A DNA stretch of 61,181 bases, the filler included, from an uncultured bacterium (GTDB lineage Bacteria; CAYJOG01), in assembly GCA_964371695.1 (NCBI GenBank). It is 11 parts of 11 records of this genome, joined end to end, with 100 filler letters (N's around TTAATTAATTAA, not from the genome) between each part and the next. Parts side by side here need not be neighbours in the genome. Positions count along the whole stretch, not along the records: positions 5,688 to 11,270 come from CAYJOG010000211.1; positions 11,371 to 16,947 come from CAYJOG010000212.1; positions 17,048 to 22,622 come from CAYJOG010000213.1; 8 more parts are not named here. One strand, 5' to 3'. How positions within the stretch are numbered: the first letter of the stretch is position 1; every line of letters begins with the position of its first letter. Below the pieces are notes generated by a model. It ran no database searches and was not told the DNA's origin. It saw only the letters and a list, made by a program, of their open reading frames with translations. Positions 9,565 to 18,919 of this stretch are shown here, one piece after another. The position numbers and the translations under genes were made by a program.

Positions 9565-11226
9565 TCACGGATTCCTGTAAGCCCTGAGAACACCGGTGTT
9601 GGCGCCCACCAGCAGCAGGCCTCCCGCCAGCACCGGCGGGGCCACCGCCGCGCCCACCTGCTCTTGCCACAACAACGCGCCGGTGCTGAGCGACACCGCC
9701 CCCACCTTGCCATTGGGGTTGCTGGTGGCCGGGTTGCCGGTGCCAAAAAACACCTTGTTCCCAGCAATGAGGGGGCTGGTGGCCAACAGCACTTCGTCGG
9801 GGCTTTCGAACACCCACTTGGTGGCGGCGGGGCCTTGGGTGGCGTCTACGGCGTACAGTTTGTTGTTCGCGCCCACCGTCTGGCTGGCCACGGGAAACAC
9901 CAGCACGTTTTCTCCCACGGCGGGGCTGCCCAGCACATCGCCGTTCAGGTTGCCCATCTGCCACAGCAGCAGCGGGGCAGACCCCACTCCTTGCAGGCCA
10001 TAGGCGGAGATCTGGTTGCGGGTGCCCACATAAGCGGCGGTGGTGTTGCCTACGGTGAGGAGAGGGGCGGTGGCCACCACGTCGCTGCCCACCAGCACTT
10101 CGCGGCTCTGGCCCGTGAACACGTCCACCATATATAGGCGGTCATCACTCGCGCCCACCACCACCAAGCCCCCCCGCACGCTGGGGCTGGCCCCCACCGG
10201 GCCTTGGGTGGTGATTTTCCAGATCAGGTCATAGGGCACGCCGTCGGCGTCGTCCAGGCCTTCGTCCACGTCGGCGGCGCTGAGCACACCATCGCCGTTG
10301 TCGTCGGGGAAGGCGTCGAGGCAATACAGGGTGTTGTCCTGGCTGTCCGCGCCGGGGGTGGGGTTGCCCGCCCCCACCAGCACGCGGCCATAGGCCACCA
10401 CGGGGCTGGAGCCGATGTCGTCATTTGCAAAAAACTGCCAGCGCAGCGCGCCGGTGGCGGCGTCCAGACCATAAAGGGTGTTGTCGCGGCTGGCGGCGAA
10501 CACCAGGCCGTCGGCCAGGGCGGGGCTGGCGACAAAAGCCCCTGCGCTGGTGTATTTCCAGCGCTCCTTCAGGGTCAGCACCACGTCGCCGGTGTCGTTC
10601 ACTTCCTGCACCGGGCCGTCCAGCGGAATGGCCCAGAACTGCCCCGCGCCGCCGACGGTGGTGGTGCCGACATAAAGGGTGCGGGTGGCAGTGTCCACGG
10701 CGGGCGCGGCAAAAATCGCCCCCGCGAGATTGGCCGACCACGCCAGCACCGGCGGCACGTTGATGGTTTCGGTGGTGTGGCCCGTGGCGCTCACGTTGCC
10801 TCTGAAAAAACTTCCCCAGGTCGTGCTCAACACCACGGTGCGCTCGGCGGATTGGGCCAGCAGTCGGTCACCCGCATAGGCCCGCACCATGTAGCCCACG
10901 GTGGAGCCCACCTGTGCGCCGCTGTTCGCCAGCACGGCGTCGGTGAGGCGTGGAAAACACTGGGGCAGGGTGACGCCCTGGGGGCAGGAGAACACACCGG
11001 CGCTCGCAAACGGCCCCACCCCCACGCGGCGCAGCAGTTCATAACGCGTGGCCTCGCGGTGTTGCTCCCAGGTGGCGGTGATCTCGCTGGGCAGGGAGCC
11101 CTCCACCGTCAGATGCACCGACAGGGGGTTTTCGGCCAGCGCGCCGACAGGCGTCACCACCGTGCCCTGCCGACCGCCGCCCCCGCCGCCGCAGCCCATA
11201 AGCAGCAGGGGGGTTATCAGCAGCAA
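9565..11226 (-). CDS. PQQ-like beta-propeller repeat (BamB-like) lipoprotein; start uncertain
   Basis: Lipobox-like LMGC plus Gly linker; repeated SP...LYxLDAxTGxxxW blades. Confidence 0.85.
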   Translation of the reverse strand: MLLITPLLLMGCGGGGGGRQGTVVTPVGALAENPLSVHLTVEGSLPSEITATWEQHREATRYELLRRVGVGPFASAGVFSCPQGVTLPQCFPRLTDAVLANSGAQVGSTVGYMVRAYAGDRLLAQSAERTVVLSTTWGSFFRGNVSATGHTTETINVPPVLAWSANLAGAIFAAPAVDTATRTLYVGTTTVGGAGQFWAIPLDGPVQEVNDTGDVVLTLKERWKYTSAGAFVASPALADGLVFAASRDNTLYGLDAATGALRWQFFANDDIGSSPVVAYGRVLVGAGNPTPGADSQDNTLYCLDAFPDDNGDGVLSAADVDEGLDDADGVPYDLIWKITTQGPVGASPSVRGGLVVVGASDDRLYMVDVFTGQSREVLVGSDVVATAPLLTVGNTTAAYVGTRNQISAYGLQGVGSAPLLLWQMGNLNGDVLGSPAVGENVLVFPVASQTVGANNKLYAVDATQGPAATKWVFESPDEVLLATSPLIAGNKVFFGTGNPATSNPNGKVGAVSLSTGALLWQEQVGAAVAPPVLAGGLLLVGANTGVLRAYRNP

Positions 11227-11370
11227 GCCCAGGGCGCTCTTGAAAAAATGGAGTAGGCGCGGTGTCCGCCNNNNNNNNNNNNNNNNNNNNNNNNNNNNNN
11301 NNNNNNNNNNNNNNTTAATTAATTAANNNNNNNNNNNNNNNNNNNNNNNNNNNNNNNNNNNNNNNNNNNN

Positions 11371-11514
11371 GTTGCCAGCGTTGGTGCGGGCGATCTGTTT
11401 GCGCACCACTTCGCTGCCCACCTGGTTCACTGATTCCAGTGTGGTGCCTGTGAATCCGCCACGGGGGTTGAGGACGCGAGAATCCGCTCCGCTGGTTATG
11501 TAATCGACTGGCAT
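11371..11514 (-). CDS. N-terminal fragment of an unknown protein (contig end)
   Basis: Strong GGGAGG RBS before the ATG; open frame to the gap. Confidence 0.55.
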
Positions 11515-11696
11515 GACGCCACCTCCCTGTATTTTGTTATTGTTTTTTTCCCTTTATTGCGCCGATTGTCCGGCACTCTCCATCGCGGATGTTAGCAGCA
11601 GGTGAACAAAAAATCAACGGCTCCGCCGGGTTTGAAACGGACCTGACTCGGCGGAAAGTTGCCGGAAGTGGACTGACGGCGGGGTAAAGTGCAGCC

Positions 11697-12998
11697 ATGG
11701 CCAGCGCGCCCGACATGCCCGAAGCCATGGTGATTTCGTGGAATCTCACACGGAAATGCCATTTGCAGTGTGATCACTGTTATATCGAGGCGGGTCGTGA
11801 AGCCACCCGCGACGGCGAACTGGGCACCGAAGACGCCCTGGGGGTGATTGACCAACTGGCGCAGGTGAACCCCCAGGCGCTGCTGATTTTCACCGGTGGC
11901 GAACCCCTGCTGCGCCGCGACCTGCGGGAGCTGGCTGCCTATGCCACCGGGAAGGGGTTCTGGGTGGTGGTGGGCACCAATTTTTTGCCGCTGGATGGTC
12001 GTGTGGCCCAGGAACTGGTGGGCTGCGGCGTGAAAGGTTTTGGCCTGAGTCTGGACAGTCTGGACGCAGAAAAACACGACGCCTTCCGCCACGCCAAAGG
12101 CAGTTTTCAGAACAACGTCAAATCCATGCAGGCCCTCAAGGCCCAGGGCATTCCCTTTCTGGTGCAGACCACGGTGCATCAGGGCAATTTGCACGAAATG
12201 GAGGACATGATGGCCTTTGCCCATTTTCACGGGGCCAAGGTGTTCAATCTTTATTTTCTGGTGCCCACGGGTCGGGGGGCCTATGTGAGTGATCTTTCGC
12301 CCGCCCAGCACGACGCCGTGCTGCACCGCGTGAAGGCCCTGCGCCCCCAATATGCCGGAAAAATGCACCTCAACGTGAAGTGCGCGCCGCACTTTCAGCG
12401 GATGTTGTATGAAGAAAACCCGCAGCACGAAAACCTGCGCACTTATGCGGGAGGCGGGGGCTGCCCTGCGGGCACGGGCTATCTCGGTATTACGCCAGAG
12501 GGCGATGTCACCCCTTGCCCCTATCTGCCGGTTTATGGCGGCAACCTGATGCAGACACCGTTCCGGGAAATATGGGAATCCTCAGAGGTGTTCACCAAAA
12601 TCCGCAAGCGGCATCACCTGTCGGGAACCTGCGGACAATGCGAGTTTGCAGGCATTTGCAGCGGCTGCCGGGCGAGGGCCTGGGCGCAGCATGGAGACGT
12701 GCTGGCGCAGGATGACCTGTGTACCTACACACCGGGGGCCCACGGCGGAAAATACATTTCGCCAGAGGGCCTCACCTATGGCGCGGCGGGCGCGAACGGC
12801 GAACTGACGTGGGAAGAAAACGCCCTTTCCCTGTTGGCCAACGTGCCGGGATTTGTGCGGGCCATGGTCAAAAAAAAGGCCGAGGACACGGCGCGGGAAC
12901 GGGGCCTGACGGTGGTCTCTGGCGAGTTGATGAAAGAGCTGCGGGGCAGCGCCGCCAGCCGTGTGATGCGCATGCCGTTTTTCAAACGGCCGGGGTAG
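11697..12998 (+). CDS. Radical SAM/SPASM protein (NirJ/AhbC/AhbD-like) with C-terminal PCP_red-like domain
   Basis: WNLTRKCHLQCDHC, FTGGEPLLRRD, GCPAG...ITPEGDVTPCPY, CGQCEFAGICSGCRARA; tail WEENA...VPGFVRAMVKKKAE. Confidence 0.85.
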   Translation: MASAPDMPEAMVISWNLTRKCHLQCDHCYIEAGREATRDGELGTEDALGVIDQLAQVNPQALLIFTGGEPLLRRDLRELAAYATGKGFWVVVGTNFLPLDGRVAQELVGCGVKGFGLSLDSLDAEKHDAFRHAKGSFQNNVKSMQALKAQGIPFLVQTTVHQGNLHEMEDMMAFAHFHGAKVFNLYFLVPTGRGAYVSDLSPAQHDAVLHRVKALRPQYAGKMHLNVKCAPHFQRMLYEENPQHENLRTYAGGGGCPAGTGYLGITPEGDVTPCPYLPVYGGNLMQTPFREIWESSEVFTKIRKRHHLSGTCGQCEFAGICSGCRARAWAQHGDVLAQDDLCTYTPGAHGGKYISPEGLTYGAAGANGELTWEENALSLLANVPGFVRAMVKKKAEDTARERGLTVVSGELMKELRGSAASRVMRMPFFKRPG

Positions 12999-13023
12999 GG
13001 CTTGCCATGACCCACAAGTTGGC

Positions 13024-13146
13024 GTCATTCCCGTGAAGGTGGCAGTCCAGTTGAAATTATGGGTAAAACCCCTTTTTCTTTTGGTAGTGGGGCGGGCGTC
13101 CCGCCCGCCTCTTAACATGAACGCAGGCAAGATGCCTGCGCCACCA
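13024..13146. repeat. REP-like cluster
   Basis: GTCATTCCCG..CCAG; GGGGCGGGCGTCCCGCCCGCC and inverted GCAGGCAAGATGCCTGCGCCACC. Confidence 0.7.
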
Positions 13147-13163
13147 AAAATGATGAAAGTGGC

Positions 13164-13490
13164 TCAGTGATCTTCCAGATCAAACTGCACGCGGCGGAAT
13201 TTTTCCAGCACGGTGCGTTTGGCGTCTTCTTCACTCAGGCCGTTGAGCAGCATCAGTTCCACCATCTCTACAGAAAGCTGGTCCATCTCGCGGCGCGAGG
13301 GGGGGCGCAGGCTTTCGGCGCGGTGTTTTTCGAGCCAGGTGTTCACCTCGCGCAGCAGGCGACGGTTTTTGTTGAGGGCATCGCGGTATTGCCGCACCAA
13401 GTGGAGGTGCGAGCGCAGCGCCAGAAAACAGAACGTGGCCGCCGCCCCGCAAAAAATCACCGAAAGCACCTCGGCCCACGAGAGCGTCAT
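13164..13490 (-). CDS. Small membrane-anchored hypothetical protein
   Basis: ATGA overlap with the upstream gene; one TM helix followed by a coiled region. Confidence 0.65.
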   Translation of the reverse strand: MTLSWAEVLSVIFCGAAATFCFLALRSHLHLVRQYRDALNKNRRLLREVNTWLEKHRAESLRPPSRREMDQLSVEMVELMLLNGLSEEDAKRTVLEKFRRVQFDLEDH

Positions 13491-14635
13491 GGCGCGCCGC
13501 TCCCCGAAAACGCATAAACCCGCCCCTTGCGGGTTCCCACCACCAACAGGCCGTCTACCACCGCCACAGGGGCGATGATATCGCTGCGCAGGTTGGCGTG
13601 CCACACCTTTTTGCCGGTGTGAACATCAATGGCGTATAAAAAGTGGTTGTAGCCCCCCACAAACACGTGCCGCCCGCTGATGACCGGCGGGGCGGTGAAT
13701 CCGCCGGGGCTTTTGAAGACCCACAGGATTTTGCCGTTGTCCACGTCCAGCGCATAGAGGTGGCCGTCCAGACTGCCGGTGATGATGCGGTCCCCGGCCA
13801 GGGCTGGCGTGGTGGCGCAGCCCGGAATATCCCGCAGGCGGGTGCGCCAAGCCTCGGCGGCGCCCTTTTTTTGCAGGGCCACCACCTGGGCGTTCCACAG
13901 GCAAAAGATCACCAGATCATCCGCCACCAGCGGCGCGCCATAAAAAGGCGTTTTCATGTCGATGAACCAGTTCTCACCGCCGCCGTGGGTGTTGAGCGAG
14001 CGCAGGCGGCCATCGATGCCGCCCATGTACAGGGTGTTGCCGTCCAGCGCGGGCGCGCCCTTGAGCCAGAAGTTACTGGCCTTTTGCCACAAAACCTTGC
14101 CGCTCAAAGCCGACACGGCATACACATTGCTGTCGAGGCTTTCAAAAAACAGTGTGCGACCCTGCCATTTGATGCCGTGTTCGATGGCGTCGTCGGTTTT
14201 GACCGAGAACAGCAGTTTGCCGGTTTGGGGCGAGAGGCACCGCAGGCGGCCATCGTCGTTTCCAAAACACACACGCCCCGGCAGCAGGGCAGGGGTGCCG
14301 CGAATGGTCTTGCCGCCGGGCACGGTGTAGCGCCACAGGATTTTTCCGGTGGCCGCCTGCAGCTTGATGAGCTGCCCCCGCAGGGTGGGCACAAACAGGT
14401 CGCCTTTTTGGCCCACGATACCGCCGGTCACGCCCCCCAGGCCCTTGAGCACCCATGTCGGGCGCAGGGGAGGACGAATGGCCTCGCCCGCCCGGTTGTG
14501 GTTGCGGGGGGTGTAACCCTGTTGCAGCGTGGCTCCCTTGCCGGTGGATGGGGTAGGGGGCGGCGCGCAGCCAGACAACATCAGGCCCAGGGCAAGGGCA
14601 AAAGGCACATGGCGCCTGGGGGCGAAAAAAAGCAT
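13487..14635 (-). CDS. PQQ-like beta-propeller repeat (BamB-like) lipoprotein
   Basis: Lipobox LSGC; repeated GxxDGxLYALDxxxGKxxW blades. Confidence 0.88.
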   Translation of the reverse strand: MLFFAPRRHVPFALALGLMLSGCAPPPTPSTGKGATLQQGYTPRNHNRAGEAIRPPLRPTWVLKGLGGVTGGIVGQKGDLFVPTLRGQLIKLQAATGKILWRYTVPGGKTIRGTPALLPGRVCFGNDDGRLRCLSPQTGKLLFSVKTDDAIEHGIKWQGRTLFFESLDSNVYAVSALSGKVLWQKASNFWLKGAPALDGNTLYMGGIDGRLRSLNTHGGGENWFIDMKTPFYGAPLVADDLVIFCLWNAQVVALQKKGAAEAWRTRLRDIPGCATTPALAGDRIITGSLDGHLYALDVDNGKILWVFKSPGGFTAPPVISGRHVFVGGYNHFLYAIDVHTGKKVWHANLRSDIIAPVAVVDGLLVVGTRKGRVYAFSGSGAP

Positions 14636-14856
14636 GGTGGGCATTCTAAGAGCCTGTTTGGTTTCAAACACCAAATGCAACACTTCCTTTTTTCCTTTTG
14701 GGTAGTGGGGCTGGCAATAGTGGGGGGGGGGGGGGGGGGGGGGGGGCCCNNNNNNNNNNNNNNNNNNNNNNNNNNNNNNNNNNNNNNNNNNNNNNNNNNN
14801 NNNNNNGGACGTTGAGGGCTTTTTTCTTTTCCAGCCTCCGGCAACAAGCTTCTGAT

Positions 14857-15504
14857 CTACAAGTCCTTCTTGGTAAACCACCAGTCGGTGACGGTGCCGC
14901 CGTCTTTGCCCGCCTTGCGTTTTTCGGCGGCGTCCTGCGTGAGGGGCGGGGGAATGATGACGGGCTGGCCGGGTTTCCAGTTCTCAGGTGTGGCCACGCC
15001 GTTTTTGTCGCTGGTTTGCAGGGCTTCGAGCACCCGCAGTATTTCCTCGATGCTGCGGCCGTTGGTGAGGGGGTAATAAACCATGGCCCGCACCACCTGT
15101 TTGGGGTCAATCACAAACACGCATCGCACGGTGGCCGTGCTGCTGGCGCCGGGGTGCACCATGCCATAGGCGTGGGCCACCTTCATGTCCAGGTCGGCGA
15201 TGACGGGGAAGGGAATCTTGACGCTGAAAAGTTCCTCGATGCGCTGAATCCACGCCAGATGGGAATAAATGCTGTCGATGGAAAGCCCCACCAGTTCGGC
15301 CCCCAGCTTGTGAAAATCCCCATGGTGGGCGGCAAAAGCCATGAATTCGGTGGTGCAGACGGGGGTGAAGTCGGCGGGATGGCTAAAGAGCACCAGCCAT
15401 TTGCCTTTGTAATCTTCCAGCTTTTTGGGCCCCTGGGTGGTGTTGGCGGCCCAGTGGGGGGCGGGTTCGTTCAGGCGGGGCAGCGAAAGAGGGGTGTCGC
15501 TCAT
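14857..15504 (-). CDS. Peroxiredoxin (Prx6/AhpC-TSA family)
   Basis: FSHPADFTPVCTTEF, YYPLTNGRSIEE, ATPENWKPG; AAGGAG RBS. Confidence 0.95.
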   Translation of the reverse strand: MSDTPLSLPRLNEPAPHWAANTTQGPKKLEDYKGKWLVLFSHPADFTPVCTTEFMAFAAHHGDFHKLGAELVGLSIDSIYSHLAWIQRIEELFSVKIPFPVIADLDMKVAHAYGMVHPGASSTATVRCVFVIDPKQVVRAMVYYPLTNGRSIEEILRVLEALQTSDKNGVATPENWKPGQPVIIPPPLTQDAAEKRKAGKDGGTVTDWWFTKKDL

Positions 15505-15550
15505 TTTTTTCTCCTTATGATCTGAGGGTGGGGCGGATTGTAGCGCCAAT

Positions 15551-16621
15551 TCACCGGCCAAGACTTTTGACGGCCACGCGGGCCGCCACGGCTGGCGAGA
15601 GGGCCATGTTCCAGTATTCCGCGTTGCTCAGGGCGCAGAAGCAGACTTTTTTGCGGATGAGTTCGCGGGTGATTTCCGCTTCGGCGCTGCGAAAACAGGC
15701 CATGAGGTCATAGTCCACCTCTCTCAGATAACCCATGCGCCGCCCCGCCACGGGGCAGTCCCACACCTCGCCGGTGGCCCCCACATAAACACTGGCAAAA
15801 CCGGCATAACAGCGGTGATTGCGGCGCTGGTGAGAGAGGGTGTCCACGGCCCGGCTGAGATATTCGATCTTGAACTGGTGAAAAAACCGGTTCACGCCAA
15901 AAAACCTCTTGTTTTGCAGGAACTTTTTGAAACGGTTCTCAAAATCAGCCAGGGCCTGGGGGTCGGGGGTGACCTCGGCGGCGCTCACGTTCAGCTCTTT
16001 ACGCCCGCCCGCCACCTCAAACACGATGAAGTCCGGCGAGAGCTGATAGAGGTATTCATAAACCGGCAGAATGCTCCCGACATTGAACCGGCTGATGGTG
16101 AGGTTGAACCCCACCTGTATTTTGGGGTGGGCCATGAGGCGGATGTGCCGGTAGGTCTCCAGCAGTTTTTCAAACGAGCCGGGGCTGGCGCGCAGGCGGT
16201 CGTGTTCTTCATAAAGGCCATCCACACTGAGAATGATGCGGGTGAGCGCCCCCAGGCCGGGAGTGTTGAGGCCATCGGCAAAATCGGCCACACGCTGGGT
16301 GAAATGGCCGTTGGTGGGCAGGTTCAAAAACCTGGGCCGCGACAGGCGCAGGGCCTCGCGGGTGATCTCCAGCAGGTCGGTGCGCAAAAACGGCTCGCCG
16401 CCCGTCAGGGTGATCCACAACAGGTTGTCGGGCAGGTGACTGAAGATCAGGCGGATTTCTTCCAGCGTCAGTTCCTTGCCTTCGCCCACGCGGTCGGTGA
16501 CGTGGCAGGTGGCGCAGGCGAAGTTGCAGCGGTGTGTGACCGACAGCACCAGCCCCAGCGGGTGCAGCGGAAACGGGCGCTTGTTATAGAGCGCCGGATA
16601 AAAGGGCAGGTAGGCCCACAT
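15551..16621 (-). CDS. Radical SAM protein with SPASM/Twitch domain
   Basis: CNFACATC, LTGGEPFLR, CYAG...GEVWDCP. Confidence 0.85.
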   Translation of the reverse strand: MWAYLPFYPALYNKRPFPLHPLGLVLSVTHRCNFACATCHVTDRVGEGKELTLEEIRLIFSHLPDNLLWITLTGGEPFLRTDLLEITREALRLSRPRFLNLPTNGHFTQRVADFADGLNTPGLGALTRIILSVDGLYEEHDRLRASPGSFEKLLETYRHIRLMAHPKIQVGFNLTISRFNVGSILPVYEYLYQLSPDFIVFEVAGGRKELNVSAAEVTPDPQALADFENRFKKFLQNKRFFGVNRFFHQFKIEYLSRAVDTLSHQRRNHRCYAGFASVYVGATGEVWDCPVAGRRMGYLREVDYDLMACFRSAEAEITRELIRKKVCFCALSNAEYWNMALSPAVAARVAVKSLGR

Positions 16622-16675
16622 GGGGCCAGTGTTAAACAGCGGGGAGATTTATCCAAGCACCTGTGAAAAGTCTGC

Positions 16676-16945
16676 TCAGTCGTGTCGCCAAGCTTTCAAC
16701 AGAAAAATGACCTTCTCTTTTTTGATGACGTAAGCAATGCTGATGGGGATGTCCGCCGTGATGGACAGGCGCCGCATTTCGCCTTGGTTGGTGTGGGTGA
16801 TGAACTGGCCCAGCCACGGATTTTGCCGAAGTGCAAAGCGAACCACCAGATTCACGTCCCTCTGGTAGCGCCAGTCGGTGTTGATGTGGTGCAGAGACGC
16901 TGACCAGAATTCGGACTCTTCTACGATCAGCGTGGGACTCCGGTG
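16676..16945 (-). CDS. Probable RelE/HigB-fold toxin, 5' end lost at contig edge (absent from ORF track)
   Basis: Hand translation: ...LIVEESEFWSASL...ALRQNPWLGQFI...MRRLSI...ISIAYVIKKEKVIFLLKAWRHD*. Confidence 0.5.
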   Translation of the reverse strand, partial: HRSPTLIVEESEFWSASLHHINTDWRYQRDVNLVVRFALRQNPWLGQFITHTNQGEMRRLSITADIPISIAYVIKKEKVIFLLKAWRHD

Positions 16946-17047
16946 AGNNNNNNNNNNNNNNNNNNNNNNNNNNNNNNNNNNNNNNNNNNNNTTAATTAAT
17001 TAANNNNNNNNNNNNNNNNNNNNNNNNNNNNNNNNNNNNNNNNNNNN

Positions 17048-17462
17048 ACTGGTGGACTTGGGGGTGGAGCCGTTCCTGATTTCCTCCAGCGTGATCGGTG
17101 TGCTGGCCCAGCGGCTTATCCGCAAGCTGTGCCCCACCTGCAAGCAGCCCTATTCGCCGGATCGCGCCACCCTGCGCCGGTTGCACGTGCCCGAAGACCT
17201 CGCCGATGAACTCACGTTTTTCAAACCCAAGGGTTGTGAAGACTGCGGCGGCAAGGGCTTCAAGGGCCGCATGGGCGTGCATGAACTGCTGCTCATCGAT
17301 GACGTGATGAAAGACATGTTCGTGGACCGCGCCCCCGCCATGGAAGTAAAGAAATATGCCGAAACCGTGGGCATGGACACGTTGCAGCAGGACGCCGTGA
17401 AAAAAATCATGCAGGGCATCACCAGTGTGGACGAAGCCATGCGTGTGGTGTATGTGGAATGA
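17048..17462 (+). CDS. PilB/GspE assembly ATPase, C-terminal fragment
   Basis: MDLGVEPFLISSSVIGVLAQRLIRKLCPTC...GCEDCGGKGFKGRMGVHELL...GITSVDEAMRV. Confidence 0.92.
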
Positions 17463-17998
17463 TGGAAGAAAAGTTGAAAGATGTTTTTTTGAACGTCAAT
17501 GACTGGCTGAAATTTGCTGAAAGTAAAAATGGAGCATTGTTGGCGCTAGACTCTGGTCTCATATTCGGGGTTATGCAGTCCTTGGACGTATTTTCCCCCC
17601 CATCATTTTTCTACCTTGCCGCAAATGTCTATGTTATTTCACTAGTTGCGTGCTTGGGCTACTCTGGCATTATATGTTTAAAGTCGTTTTTTCCAGTTTT
17701 TGAAATAGGACATGCTGATGCTGACGTGCCAGGAGAGTGCCTTATTTTCTATGCCGATATCGCTGGGTTCGGAAAAGATTGGAAATCGTATCTTGACAAA
17801 ATTTATATATCAAATCAACTAGATCCTTTATCTGAGTACAGTGATTACAGTAAATACTACGCAAGGCAGATAATCGCCAATTCGACTATAACAGTAAAAA
17901 AGTTTGAATTATTCAAGAAGGCTGTTTGGTGGACTATGGCTGCTTTCGTTACTCCACCTATTTTGTATGCCATAAAATATTTCAAAAAAGGACAATAG
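17459..17998 (+). CDS. Pycsar transmembrane effector (PycTM, DUF5706-like)
   Basis: VNDWLKFAESKNGALL, multiple TM helices, IFYADIA, QIIANSTITVKKF; AT-rich; adjacent to a cyclase. Confidence 0.85.
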   Translation: MMEEKLKDVFLNVNDWLKFAESKNGALLALDSGLIFGVMQSLDVFSPPSFFYLAANVYVISLVACLGYSGIICLKSFFPVFEIGHADADVPGECLIFYADIAGFGKDWKSYLDKIYISNQLDPLSEYSDYSKYYARQIIANSTITVKKFELFKKAVWWTMAAFVTPPILYAIKYFKKGQ

Positions 17999-18799
17999 AT
18001 GATCAAAGAAGATCAGATGCCTGAAGACATAAGAAAAATAATACGCGAGCAAGTCGAAGTGTTCGGCGACAAAAACACTATTACAGATAGAAATGAAGTT
18101 CCGGACACGTGCGATATTCCATTAAATAATAAAAGGAATTGGCTTAAAATAAGGGATGTCATTTGTGTCTACTCTGACATGAAAGGTTCTACCAAACTCA
18201 GCAAAGAGTTGGATGCCTATGACTTGGCATCAGCATATCAGCTATTTACTGAAACCATAATAAGAATTTTTCATGCCCTCAATGCTTCCTATGTGGATGT
18301 TAAGGGAGACGGCGTTTTTGCGCTTTTTAATTCGGACGAGCCTCATTTGGCATTAGTGTCTGCCGTGGCGGCGAAAACTTTCGTTTTTGAGGTTTTTATG
18401 GATAAATTCAGGATATATGAGGATATTATAGGTTCACACTTTGGGATTGATGTTGAAACACTTCTTGTTAGGCGATTTGGCTTGAAGCGAGTGGGCGGAA
18501 GAACTGATAGGCAGAACGAGGTGTGGGCTGGTAAAACTGTAAATATGGCGTCAAAACTCGCGTCAATATCGGGCCACAATCAAATTGTCGTATCTGACAG
18601 ATTTTATCATAGGTTGAATGAGAGAGAAGCCACATGGTCGTGCGGCTGTCCGAACGGGGAGGAGACCCAGTTGTGGGAGTCTTTCTCTGTCGATGGGTAC
18701 GATTATTTTGATTTTTCAGAAGCTTATCTGCTTAAAAGCAATTGGTGTCCAACGCATGGGGAAGAATTTTTCAATAAATTGCGGTCGGTTGATTCTTGA
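17999..18799 (+). CDS. Pycsar pyrimidine cyclase (PycC-like class III nucleotidyl cyclase)
   Basis: YSDMKGSTKLS, VKGDGVFALF, HFGID, VWAGKTVNMASKLAS; AT-rich; abuts the effector gene. Confidence 0.85.
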   Translation: MIKEDQMPEDIRKIIREQVEVFGDKNTITDRNEVPDTCDIPLNNKRNWLKIRDVICVYSDMKGSTKLSKELDAYDLASAYQLFTETIIRIFHALNASYVDVKGDGVFALFNSDEPHLALVSAVAAKTFVFEVFMDKFRIYEDIIGSHFGIDVETLLVRRFGLKRVGGRTDRQNEVWAGKTVNMASKLASISGHNQIVVSDRFYHRLNEREATWSCGCPNGEETQLWESFSVDGYDYFDFSEAYLLKSNWCPTHGEEFFNKLRSVDS

Positions 18800-18919
18800 A
18801 TTGGTTGATTTTTTGAGAAATAATTCCCTGTCGTCGTCGAATAAAAAACTATTTGACAATTTTTTTCGTTAAATGTAAAATCATCCTTTCTTTTTTTACA
18901 CACTTTCACGGGGGCACGC

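Noticed and set aside
14722-14806. Poly-G tract / poly-Pro or poly-Gly ORFs
   Set aside because: Adjacent to an N gap; typical low-quality sequencing artefact.
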